Source: Squalus acanthias | Taxonomy: Eukaryota | DNA length: 60,000 bases | NCBI GenBank assembly: GCA_030390025.1 | Contig: CM059432.1 | Span: 71,488,001 to 71,548,000, forward strand | Reading direction: 5' to 3' | Shown here: positions 1 to 11,161 of the stretch, piece after piece | Layout of the letters: each line of letters begins with the position of its first letter | Position numbering within the stretch: position 1 is the stretch's first letter | The notes under the pieces: model-generated | Told to the model about the DNA's origin: nothing | Databases searched by the model: none | What the model saw: the letters and a program-made list of their open reading frames with translations, nothing else | Translations under genes and position numbers: made by a program

Positions 1-445
1 TATGATGCTTCTGGCATTCACGAGCTCAGAAACATCTACCCACTGCTGCCATACTATTTGGCGGGACACTTTGCATCTAATTTTGTGGAAGAGGACCTCC
101 TTCCTCCTGGTGACCTCCTCCACCAAGACCTTCATGGTGCCATAAGAGAAACGGGCTGCTCTGGCAGCAGTTATTTCTGAAAAATCCACTGTTACAGAAG
201 GTGGCATTAACCAAAGTCACCTCTTGTTTAATGAGTGCAGGCTGCCTTTAAAATGTGGGATCCCTGCTAGATTTCATGCCTCCCCCAATGGGTAAGCTGC
301 CAATTACGAGTACAAGTAGCACTGACAGCTCATCCTTCCTATGGTAATGAAGCATGGCCCTCAAAGATGTCCATGCCTCAGGCAAGTCCAGCGGACATTC
401 TGCCTGCTTCACATCCATTCTAGGCGGAGGTTTAAAATTCCCCCA
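1..445 (-). mobile_element. End of a Harbinger element with the N-terminus of the Myb/SANT-like partner gene
   Basis: Reverse translation of ~1-180 gives AARFSYGTMKVLVEEVTRRKEVLF...QQWVDVSELVNARSI (Myb/SANT-like). TIR-like AAAATTCCCCC near 434-444. Confidence 0.6.
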
Positions 446-883
446 TATTTCTTCAATCTCCAAAAGCGGACCAAGCTAACACGAGATGAGGTGAGGCTTT
501 GTTTGAATTGTTAAGATGCTTTATTCCTACCAGCGAGGTGAACACATCGAGCAATAGTTTAATAAGAGTCATTGCACTAGAAATTTTGTGATGAAAATGG
601 CATCCGCGAGGCACGCGCACACTTCTGATGCAGGCCGCGCCAGATGCTGTCTAGGTGAGGACGGTGTGGCGGGCGTTAGGAGCATGCACCAAAAGTATGT
701 AGAGTAGGCAGATCATGGCGTCAATAAGCGGAAAACACTGATTTTACGCCAGCACTGCCATTTTCATCCTTAACGCTGGAGCTACCGCCTTGTCTTAACC
801 TCGCACAGCTGAACATGCGTTCAGCAGCAGCAAGGACCCCCCACCAGAGATAATTAAAGGGATCAACAACCACTCTCAGGTCA

Positions 884-2220
884 TAGAGTCATAGGGGTAA
901 AAATTCAGTTGGTTGCGCCTCCCGTTAGCGCCTTAAGAGGGCGCTAATGGGGCGCAAAGCCGCTAACGCCCAGGCGCAGTGATGTTTGCGCCGCTCGGGA
1001 ACTTAACTAGAGATTGTGTGGCGGCGCTAAACTTTACCGCTGCGACCACCTGCGCGTGCAGATTGTGACGTCATTCCATGGTGCAACGCCCTTGTGGCGC
1101 CCCGGAGCGGAAATTGAGTGACGCCCCCTGCCTTACCGCCTGGCGCATCCAACGACCAGAAGACTGGAACGCTATCAATCGCTGTGGGGCTGGGGGGGGC
1201 GCTATTTAAAGGGGGCCTCTTCCTGTCTTTTATTGTTGGTGGCATTTTTGAACTACGCATTCTGAGAGAGAGAGGGAGAGACTTCTGGAGAGATTCAACG
1301 TTGTGTGAAGGAGTTTTGGGTACTGAGCAGCACTTTGCAGGTTCATTTTGATTTGCCATTCCTTGTATCGATTTAGCAGAGACTGTGGGAGCTGCACTCT
1401 GAGCTCTTTGCCTGGTACTCTCCATTGTTCTTTCCAGCACATTTGATGTGCAGGTCTTTCCAGGCCGAGATTCAAGGCTGCAATGAACAGGATGTGGATG
1501 GAAAGCAAGATCAACCATCCCCTTTAAGAACTGGCCCGTGCCATTGTGTGTGTGTTCCATTGCTGACTGACATTACATGAGCTTCGCCAGCGCTCTGAGT
1601 TAGCGCCTCACTCCTTGGCCTTTGCGCCTTAAGACAGGTGTGCAGCGCCTGATTTAGCGCTCCACTCACCTCCCGGGGCGGTAAAAGTGAAGTTTCCAGT
1701 CAGTGCCGATAATTAGCGCCAGGCGCTAATATTTGCGTCCAGACGATATTTGCGCCCCAAATGGGGCGCGACCTAATTTTTCCCCCATAGAGTTATACAG
1801 CACAGAAAGAGGCCCTTCGGCCCATCGTGTCCGCGCCGGCCATCAAGCCCTATCTATTCTAATCCCATTTTCCAGCACTTGGTCCGTAGCCTTGTATGCT
1901 ATGGCGTTTCAAGTGCTCATCTAACTGCTTCTTGAATGTTGTGAGGTTTCCTGCCTCTACCACCCTTTCAGGCAGTGAGTTCCAGATTCCAACCACCCTC
2001 TGGGTGAAAAGGTTTTTCCTCAAATCCCGTCTAAACCTCCTGCCCCTTACCTTGAAACTATGCCCCCTGGTTATTGACCCCTCTACTAAGAGGAAAAGTT
2101 CCTTTCTATCTACCCTATCTATGCCCCTCATAATTTTGTACACCTCAATCAGGTCCCCCCTCAGCCTTCTCTGTTCTAAGGAAAACAACCCCAGCTTGTC
2201 CAGTCTCTCTTCATAGCTGA
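884..2220 (-). mobile_element. 5'-truncated CR1 LINE 3' end, interrupted by a MITE
   Basis: ORF 1859-2188 FSLEQRRLRGDLIEVYKIMRG...FTQRVVGIWNSLP is the CR1 ORF2 C-terminus. TSD AGGTCA at 878-883 and 2221-2226. Confidence 0.9.
894..1786 (+). mobile_element. Non-autonomous Harbinger element (893-bp family, copy 1)
   Basis: TIRs GGGGTAAAAATT / AATTTTTCCCCC, TSD ATA (891-893, 1787-1789), many TAGCGCC subterminal motifs. Confidence 0.92.
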
Positions 2221-2386
2221 AGGTCAGTTGCTGAATAATTTATACTGGCTCTTTGTAAGTTTGTGGAAGTGTTTGGATCTTTCTAGAGTTGTTTAAAGTT
2301 GGTGAGATGTCAGGGAGTGATGCTGCAAGTGGAGAAGGCCTTGGTTCTGACTTCAAGGGTTCTGGTCAAACCACTTGCTCCCAGTC

Positions 2387-4519
2387 ATGGGTGCTCTAGT
2401 TGTCATCCCCCTTGGCCTGCAGCATGACAGGGAGATGGAGCAGAGGCAGCGAAGAAGAGGACAAGCTGTTCTCAGAGGGAGGAGGAAGAGGGGAGAAGAG
2501 CTCTCAGCAGGAGGCCTTACCCACCTAGGGTCTTCTGAGAGCAATTCTCTTACCTCAGCCTGAGCCAAGGACAGTGTGTGAGGCATCTGTGCTTTATGCA
2601 GGAGGTGCTCACAGAACTCTGCCACCTCTTGCAACCAGACCTGCAGCCTCACACCAGGGCGATGACAGCGCTGCCCGTGGCTGTGAAGGTGATCATGGCC
2701 CTGAATTTCCTCACGTTGGGATCCTTCCAGGCTGGAGCAGGTGACATCTGGAACATCACACAGTTTGCCGTCCACTGCTACGTAAGAGGAGTGACAGAAG
2801 ATATTTATGCCAGGAGATGGGAATTCATTGTCTTCTCTTTGACCAGAGAGAAGCAGGTGGAGCATACAGGTGGCTTTGCCAGGATAGCAGGCTTCCCCAT
2901 GGTATAGGGAGCATTGACTGCACGCACGTGACTTAGTGGGCGCTGCATCTAAATTCTGAGATGCACAGCAACCGCATAGAAACATAGAAACATAGAAAAA
3001 TAGGAGCAGGAGTAGGCCATTCGGCCCTTCGAGCCTGCTCCGCCATTCAATATGATCATGGCTGATCTTCTATCTCAGTACCATATTCCCGCTCTCTCCC
3101 CATACCCCTTAATGCCTTTTGTGTCTAGAAATCTATCTATCTCCTTCTTAAATATATTCAGTGACTTGGCCTCCACAGCCTTCTGTGGTAGAGAATTCCA
3201 TAGGTTCACCACCCTCTGAGTGAAGAAATTTCTCCTCATCTCAGTCCTAAATGTCCTATCCCGTATCCTGAGACTGTGACCCCTCGTTCCAGACCCCCCA
3301 GCCAGGGGAAACATCCTCCCGGCATCCAGTCTGTCTAGCCCTGTCAGAATTTTATATGTTTCAATGAGATCCCCTCTCATTCTTTTAAACTCTAGTGAAT
3401 ACAGGCCTAGTCGACCCAATCTCTCCTCATACGACAGTCCAGCCATCCCAGGAATCAGTCTGGTGAACCTTCGCTGCACTCCCTCTATGGTAAGTATATC
3501 CTTTCTTAGGTAAGGAGACCAAAACTGCACACAGTACTCCAGGTATTGTCTCACCAAGGCCCTGTATAACTGTAGTAAGACATCCTTGCTCCTGTACGCA
3601 AATCCTCTTGCAATGAAGGCCAACAAACCATTTGCCTTCCTAACTGCTTGCTGCACCTGCATGTTTGCTTTCAGTGACTGGTGTACAAGGACACCCAGGT
3701 CCCTCTGTACATCAACATTTCCCAATCTATCACCATTTAAATAATACTCTGCCTTTCTGTTTTTCTTACCGAAGTGGATAACTTCACATTTATCCACGTT
3801 ATACTGCATCTGCCATGTATTTGCCCACTCACTCAACTTGTCTAAATCACCTCGAAGCCTCTTTGCATCCTCCTCACAACTCACAATCCCACCTAGTTTC
3901 GTGTTGTCAGCAAACTTCGTCAGCATAGTTTCCCACTCGCTGAATGTGCAGTTGTTGTGCAACCATGCTCAGCGCATTATGATGGTAAATGCCTGGTATC
4001 CTGGCAGCAGTCATGATGCTTTTATTCTGCACAAGTCCGCTGTTCCTGCAATCTTTGAGCCACCATGACAAATCAGAGGGTGGCAATTGGGTGACAAGGG
4101 CTATCCGATGACCACCTGGTTCATGACTCCACTCCGCAACCCAACCACACGTGGGAAGCATGCATACAATGAGAGAAATGCTCTCACAAACAATCTGATA
4201 GAGCAGACGTTTGGCATCCTTGAACAACGTCCACTGCCTGGACCACTCTGGAGGAGCCTTGCAGTAGTCACCAGAACGTGTCTCAAGATTCGTCATAGTC
4301 TGCTGCATGCTCCACAACCTCTCCATCATGAGGGCACAGCCCTTGCCACCAAGCATACGGCGACCAGCAGAGGAGGAGGATAGGAGGAGGAAGAGGAGGA
4401 GGAGGAAGCGGAAAAGGAGGAAGCAGAAGCGGAGGAAGAGGAAGGGGTGGAGGCAACCCAAACAGCCCCTTTCTGCTTGGGCTGTCCGTGATCGACTCAT
4501 CCGACTGTGGTACCAGTGA
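2387..4519 (+). pseudogene. HARBI1-like DDE transposase, disrupted by frameshifts, stops and a CR1 insertion
   Basis: Motifs LPVAVKV, FARIAGFPMV-GSIDCTHV, HSLNVQLLC, YPGSSHDAFIL, GDKGYP..W..TP, IEQTFGIL, MLHN, low-complexity GAG-repeat tail. Confidence 0.9.
2980..3922 (-). mobile_element. 5'-truncated CR1 LINE (RT C-terminal part)
   Basis: KFADNTKL...LEYCVQFWSP...RGDLIETYKIL, (CATAGAAA)n tail on the + strand, TSD GCATAG (2974-2979, 3923-3928). Confidence 0.93.
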
Positions 4520-4681
4520 ACGCAACCCCAATTCAACAATAGTCCCACACCTTACCTTCCCTCTGCTACTGACAATCACAGTATCCTCGTAGTCACAATG
4601 CTGTAATAAAAGCCACCACAAAAGAAACATTCCAATCCAACTTTATACATGAATCCATCCAATATTGCATAACAAAGTCAA

Positions 4682-6000
4682 CTAATCACCCTTGTACATT
4701 CCCTTAGTGCCTGTCTTCAGTGTGCCTTTGCCTGTCCTAGTGCTCGTATGAAGTGCTACCCCAGTGGCTGCAGCATGGCTGGTAGAAGGCTGTTGACTTT
4801 CAATGGGGGAGACTGCAGATGGCCTTGCAGGTCGACCTCGAGCAGCTCTGGGCCTAGAAGGCCTGGCTGCGGACTGCACCACCTCGGCATTGGCGGCAGC
4901 AGTCTGGGCTGGCTGGCTGACAGGCAACAGCACGGGCACTGGCGGAGTGGCAGTGATGGGAGGGCAAATGCTGTCATCCTGAGAGAGGACAACAGGTTTG
5001 TGCTCCACACAGCCAATACCACTCCTCCGGGGTGGCGCCTCAGCAACTTAGTCATCTGTTGGATGACAGATTGCTGGATAGCTGTGATACCCTGCAAGTC
5101 CCTTTCCACACTGGTAAATGCAGCCATGATGGCAGCAGTCTGAGCTTGCGTGGCAGCAAGCTGAGCCTGCATGACAGCAGTCTGAGCTTAGATGACAGAA
5201 GTCTGAGCTTCCACTGCAGCACACAGATGTTGGGTGGCTTCTGCTTGTGCTGCAATAGAAGCTGAGACATCAGCTGGAAAGGATGGTTCTGAGCTCTGTG
5301 CTCCTTGACATTGCACTCAGGCTTTCTGGCAAGCCTGCCAATGCACCAAGCATTTCATTGTGCATACCCATCAGCGTTCTTCTGTAGGCCATCCCATCGA
5401 AGTCTTCATCTGAGTCCTGTGCAGCAGAACTCATGTGTGACCTCACCCTCCAGAGAGCTGGCACCTGCGGTATCCTTTCCCCGTGCCCTGGCTACAGGCC
5501 ACTCGTGCCCAATGACTCATTATATGCAGATCCTGCCTCTAAGCTACCCTCTACAGTCCGCGCAGTGCCAGTATCTGAGTTGGTGGCTGAGTGTCAGATC
5601 GAGTGACGGTGTTTCTTCTTCATCACTCTGCTCCCTCTTGTTGTTGCATCACTGGCTGGGCAGGTTGAATTTCTTGGGTCTCTGAAATGAGAAGGACACA
5701 AGGGTAGGGTTGTGGTGATGGGAGGGGGGGAAAGCAAGAGGTGCATGCTTACACCATGTGCAGCTTGTAAATCAGAGAGATTGGGGGATGAGGGGTAAGT
5801 GGGCTGTGAGAAGGAGGATTACATATGAGGATACTAGCATCTAGTATTCTCTCAGCCCCGCCGCTGGCCATGGGCTCAGCCATGCCCCTCTCAAGAATGG
5901 CCAGCACCGTCTCCTCCATTGGGTTCATGTTATGCAGGCGCACCTGTCCCCTGCTGGTTAGTACCTGCTGGCACCGGTTGTAAGTCACATTTTCCTGCAA
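4682..6000 (-). pseudogene. Harbinger Myb-like partner gene, exons 2-3 (Ala/Gln-rich coiled-coil C-terminus), decayed
   Basis: Homologous to 53623-54930 and 31387-33290. Acceptor-like sites near 5995 and 5682. PMEETVL motif. Confidence 0.75.
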
Positions 6001-7459
6001 GAGAAAGGGAAGTGTGTCAGTGAGTGTGGTGCAATGTGTTTGGGTGATATGCCTGTCATTGGTTGAATAACTGACAGTTTGTGCAAGCTGTTAGATACGG
6101 GTATGAGGCTTGCACCAGTGCTAGATGTGTGAGGGTGAGGTGAAGCTATGAATGTGAGGCATGAGCTGTGTTTGGTAGAGATTGTTGGTAGGTGAGTGAT
6201 GGGGGTTTGGTGCATTCCTCTCTCCATTTTACACATCCCACAAATTACCATTCATATCTCATTCATGAGCCCTGGAGGAACTTTACTGTCCAGTACAATA
6301 TTTAAGATATAAAACATAGATCAAATGTTCTCACTTGGTCCAAGTTATTAACACTTTTTATTTATCATTATTTTAGAGGATCATTTATTTTCCCAAAAGT
6401 AACTCAATATATACTGCCTGAGTCCATTTTGTCATTTCAAAATTATCCCAAAATCCAAACCTGTTGGACTGACAGGTTTTGTCAATGTTCAATTTCATTT
6501 CTATCAATTTATCTTATCAATTTCAATTTCAGAAACAAGTGATTCCCAGGCTAGGTGGTTTACGCGGTGTTTTAACATTAGAGACAGAAGTGCAGCAATT
6601 AGTTTACAAGGTAACTTCCATATAACAAAAGAAAGAAGACAATCCATTGTGGCTCTGCTTAAGAGCCCAAGGGGTTAATTTATCAAATCATAATTTTCCT
6701 TCTGTCACTGTGGGGAAATATTAACTTAAAATTAAGAAACTTAAATTTAATAATATCCAATATCCTTAAATTTCATTCAGCAATACTAAAGTTGTTGCTT
6801 GGTGAACTTAAACAGCTGTCAATGGAAAAGGTTAACTCCTTTGCAGGTTTTTAAGAGGGCGGAGCGTAACATTGTCAGGCGCACGCAATTGTGTCACTTC
6901 ACGTAAATTTTAAAAAAACTTCCCCGATCGAAAAAAACAGTTGGGTTTTCACAATTTAATAGGTTAGTTACCTTTAATAATTCCAATTTAATTCAGATCA
7001 ATATTTTATTAACTAAACATGAACAGAACAGATAAAACAAAACAAAATAGCACATGCTTGCAAAAAACAGTAAATTACATCATATTTCTTATTGTCCTTT
7101 CTTCAGATGCCTTTCCAAATGACTGTAAAAACATTGAATATAACTGGAGAAAAATTCGTTTTTCACATTTAAACAAATCAAATCAAACTGCTTTGGAAAA
7201 TTTCACCATAGCAACCACAACTCCAAGGTTAAATCTTAGACTGAAACTTAATCTTTTGTTAAATAAACTTTTTGTTTTTCTCAGTTTTTCCACACCAGCT
7301 TAACTTAAATTGTAGATCAAAGTTTTTTTTTCCAATTCTGGGTGCACAATCTTATTCACACATTCTTAAAACTTCCAAAATCCAAGAGAAGACAAAAGGG
7401 TTAAACACTTTTTTTAACACAGAGAAGTGGGTGCAGCTAAAACACACACAATAGACATT

Positions 7460-8283
7460 GGGCTCGATTTTCCAAGCCCCATGGAGGCGGGTTTGGAGGC
7501 GGGAGTGGTGGGAAAATTGCAGATTCTGGGGCACGTACCCATCCCGCCCCCAACCCGCCTCCATGCCAATGTCCCAGGAGGTGGGTACCCAACCTGTGCT
7601 GGGAGCCGCTTCCCCGAGGCGGGAAGGGGATTAGTGCCAATTAACTACCTGTTAACAGGCAGTTTTTTGGCTAATCCCTATTTTTAGCCCTGAAGTGTGG
7701 GCTGCCCGACGGCTCCAAACCACGCCAAGTTAGCAAGGCGGACCATCGGTCTGCAGGGCTTGGAGATGTCCGGTGTACAGGTGAGTGATGGGTGCATGAG
7801 TGCAGACGTAAGTGTGTTTGGTGTGTGTAAAGTGTTTTAATAAGTTTTACTTACCTTTACTTTCTCCTCCAGGCGTCCTCCCTTCAGTTCTCGAGAGTCC
7901 CTCAGCTCACCGGCACAGAAAGCAGAATGGCCGCTGAACTGTCAAAAGCTGCAGCCTCTGCTTTCTGGTCTGGAGAGCTCTCTAACTGAGTCTGAGTAGA
8001 AGGACTCAAGTTAGAAGACAGATTGTCAGTGTTTGACAGCTTCACAGAGCTGTCAAACGCTGATATTTCATCTGTCAAAAGCTCTTGACAGATGAAATGT
8101 CAATCGCTGACGTCACCAGTATCCAGGTGTCCCTTAATTGGCCTGCTGAGCCCGCTGGGCAGGCTTAACAAGGTCAATCAAGGGAAAGTAGTGTGGATTG
8201 GCCACAAATCGATGGAGGCGGGACTACAACCCAAAAAGTGGGAGTCCCGCCTCCATCATGTCCCCGTTGACAAAATCGAGCCC
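7460..8283. mobile_element. Harbinger-type MITE (824 bp)
   Basis: Perfect 12-bp TIR GGGCTCGATTTT / AAAATCGAGCCC, TSD ATT (7457-7459, 8284-8286). Confidence 0.92.
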
Positions 8284-8544
8284 ATTTTCCTTTAAAGACA
8301 GATTTTCAGACTAAAGGAATACTGCAACCTCTTAAACATTCATAGTCAGTAAAACTTCCACACTTTAACACATACTTTCACACAAACTGAAACACCAGCA
8401 TTTTTAAGGTTCCTTTCACTCAGCAAATCTTGTGTTTTATTTGTCTCAGCACAGATGTTAATAACTTCCATGTCAGTAAAAGTTTCTCTTTTTTTTCTCC
8501 TTTTAAATCAGCGTCTCAGCAGCTTTTCCTGGCTCTCCAAATCC

Positions 8545-8898
8545 TTATTTTTTTTCCTTCCTTTGCTGAGTTTTCAGATTGGTTAGCCTGCAACTTAGAT
8601 ATTTTTCCTTTTCTATCTCTCCTTCTCTTTCCTGCACTTTATGCTTCACCTCCTGGCTATGTTTCTCTCTTAACTCATTATATTGTTCTTTTAGCTCTTC
8701 TACCTCTTTACTTTGTTTCTTACAATACTCGTTAAGTTTTTTCTGATTCACGCATTCCTGAATAAAGTTTATCACTTCTTCAAAGGGGACCCGGTCTCCT
8801 TTGGTTAAACATTCTGTCAGTAATACCTGTACTTCCTCCGCACAGGCGCCTCTGTCTAACTTACTCTTATATGCGTTAACAAAACTTTTACTAGCCAT
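8545..8898 (-). pseudogene. Putative gag N-terminus (helical plus coiled-coil)
   Basis: 117-aa ORF MASKSFVNAYKSKL...EEVINFIQEC starts ~160 nt downstream of the PBS. No diagnostic motif recognised. Confidence 0.5.
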
Positions 8899-9055
8899 TT
8901 GGTGATTTTCCTAACAGACCTCTAACATCAATAACTATCAGCGCGCAATCCACGGGCACTCCCCATGAGGGGTTTATCCCTTCTCAAGTGCAACAGTTGA
9001 TCAGGCGGCTACTCTCAAGACTCGATCTATTACACAATACTAGCCACTTTGTCTT

Positions 9056-9073
9056 GTCCCATCTGGGGTGCCA
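9056..9073 (-). promoter_or_regulatory. Primer-binding site complementary to the tRNA-Arg(CCU) 3' end
   Basis: Minus strand TGGCACCCCAGATGGGAC, 2 nt after the LTR-terminal CA. The + strand GTCCCATCTGGGGTGCCA matches the vertebrate Arg-CCT tRNA 3' end as I recall it. Confidence 0.8.
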
Positions 9074-9759
9074 ATTGTAAGATCTTAATGATCTCTCACC
9101 AATAGGCAGCAGTCAGTATGTTTGAGCAATAGATCAAGATTTATTAAGCTTACAGCGTAATATACTTAACAACAGGTGATAGTTTAACGAGTAGCTCGCA
9201 GCCCTTGGTCTCTAGAGCCTCTTGGACAAAGGTGACGTCGTCTTCAGTCTGTTCCTTTGTTCTCGCAGTAGGACTGTGTAAAGTTGTTCTTTGAGTATCG
9301 AGGCTTTAACCCTTTTCTTATCAAAAGTTCGTTTGGCCAGTGTCCATATATGGTCTTCAACAAAATCACCTTTTTTCATTGGTTCTAATGGTCAAAATAC
9401 CATTGTCACTCAGACTAAGGGGAGCATCTTGAACCCGCCTTTCCAATATTTTTCCGACAACTTTACCCTGTTCATCGTAATCTTGTTTATAGTTCTTCAC
9501 CCCATTGGAATTTACCTTATCTCTCTCATTCTAGCTTCCCTAGTACACTGCGTGACTGTCCGTTATCAGAACTAGTCTTGACTAGTCCTGGCTGTCTTTG
9601 CAGTTACATTTTGAGCAAGCCGTAGCAATTTATGCACAAGTCATTACAGGTCATACAGAATATATATATTTGGTTAATGTGAAGTTCACTATTCGACACT
9701 CACACTTATACTTATACATGTTATTACTAAAAACATCCAAGTATCGGTCTTTTGTACAC

Positions 9760-10046
9760 GAGCCTCTGATGCATCCCACCGCTTTTTGCTTCACTATTGG
9801 TGGCCATGCTTTCTGTCCCCTAGGCCCCACATTCTGGAATTGCCTCCTCAACCCACTCCTCATTTCATCAACTTCCTTTCTTTAAGACCCTTCTAAAAAT
9901 CCAACCCTTAACCAAGCTTTTGGTCATCTCTCTTAAGTATCTCTTTCTGGAGCTCAATGTTCCTTTCTTTTAATTAATTCTCTGTGAAGTGCTTTGGGGC
10001 TTTTTCTACATTAAAGGTGGCATATAAAAGCAATTTGTTGTTGCTA
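9760..10046 (+). mobile_element. Old L2 LINE 3' fragment
   Basis: TIGGHAFCPLGPTFWNCL followed by an L2-type 3' end (...TACATTAAAGGTGGCATATAAAAGCAATTTGTTGTTG). Confidence 0.75.
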
Positions 10047-10393
10047 TTGAAGTTATTATTACACTTTCTAATAACTAAATCAGCATTGCCTTTAACAATA
10101 AATACATTTGCCCAGCCTCAGTATGCTAAAGTGTATTCTTCTGTATTACTGATTCATTATCTGTTAAAACCAGCACTGATTAATAATAAAGAAATGACTC
10201 AGCTGGAGACACGAACAACAAACATTTCATCTCTGCCTTTTATGCACCAAAAATGCCTAAGGCCCTAATTTGCTCATCTACTAACACTGCAATGTTTCTA
10301 AAGATTTTGGAACATGCTGTCTCACCAGATGTTCAGAGAAAACTCCTGGCTTCTTTTAACTTTATAGCTTCTCTGAATATTTTTAAGCTTAAT

Positions 10394-11161
10394 GGCCCTG
10401 ATATAAACGGGAAGGCGGGGAGGGAATGGGGGAGATCAAAAGTGGCACAAGAACCCCGCGAGGCTGGGGGCATGGAGGTCCTGCAAAACATAACGGTAGG
10501 ACCTCATTAACAGTTTTATTCCTTTTCCCACTCAGCAGCCGACCAGATTGACAGGCAGACCGGCTGGCTGCCAGGTGGGGCAACCAGCAGCAGGAGGCCA
10601 CACCAGTCCCCAGCAATCAGGAGGGCAGGCAGGCTGCAGATTGGAGCTTGGAGGAAGGGGGGTGTCGGACTTGATCGCGGGAGGGGGGAAGAGAGAGAGG
10701 CCATCGGGGGATGGGGAGGAGGCCAGCGATCACGGCAAGGGGGAGAGCGAGGCCGCGATCGGCAGAGGAGAAGCCAAAGACTTCCTTGAGGGGCCGGGGG
10801 GTCGGGGGGAGCACTCCTGCTTCTCCTGACCCACAAGGAGTGCTGTAAAAGGCATTTACCTTCTGGAGCCGGCAGCTCCCGCCTCGACTTTTGGTCCCGG
10901 GTTTCCCGAGCCATGGAAAACCCGCACGGCATCTGTAAAATTTAAACCAGGCTCCCAATTGCACTGTGGGAGCCTGGTTTAAATATGTTAATGAAGTGCT
11001 CCACCTTTCCACGGCAGGACACTAACATGCCTCACTACCCACTGCCATAAAAACGGTGGCAGGCGCGTAAGAGTCGTGTTGGGGTCGCGTTTACTGCCCC
11101 ACCCCCCTGCCCCCTGACCTCCTCCCACCTGTCATAGGGAGAGGGAGTTAATATCGAGGCC
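10394..11161. mobile_element. Harbinger-type MITE (768 bp)
   Basis: TIR GGCCCTGATAT / ATATCGAGGCC, TSD AAT (10391-10393, 11162-11164). Confidence 0.85.

Larger units (their letters stand above)
574..6225 (+). mobile_element. Decayed PIF/Harbinger transposon (copy A) with nested insertions
   Basis: Collinear with the copy at ~51843-55275: 5' region, transposase (+) and convergent partner gene (-). Ends approximate. Confidence 0.85.
6230..9657 (-). mobile_element. ERV/LTR-retroelement remnant: 5' LTR (~9076-9657), PBS, gag-like start, decayed AT-rich internal region
   Basis: LTR ends ...CTTACA next to an 18-nt PBS. AATAAA on the minus strand near 9140. Helical/coiled-coil ORF starts at 8898. 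Left boundary uncertain. Confidence 0.6.

Noticed and set aside
1027..1560. 177-aa ORF repeated at 29088-29621
   Set aside because: It recurs only because the MITE copies are near-identical. It stops after 72 aa in copy 2 and has no recognisable domain.
4368..4450. Poly-Arg/Lys or poly-Glu ORFs (also ~31230, 47953, 53340)
   Set aside because: GAG-repeat tail of the Harbinger transposase read in different frames.
5131..5214. CRISPR-like array
   Set aside because: Contiguous degenerate coding repeats with no spacers, in a vertebrate context.
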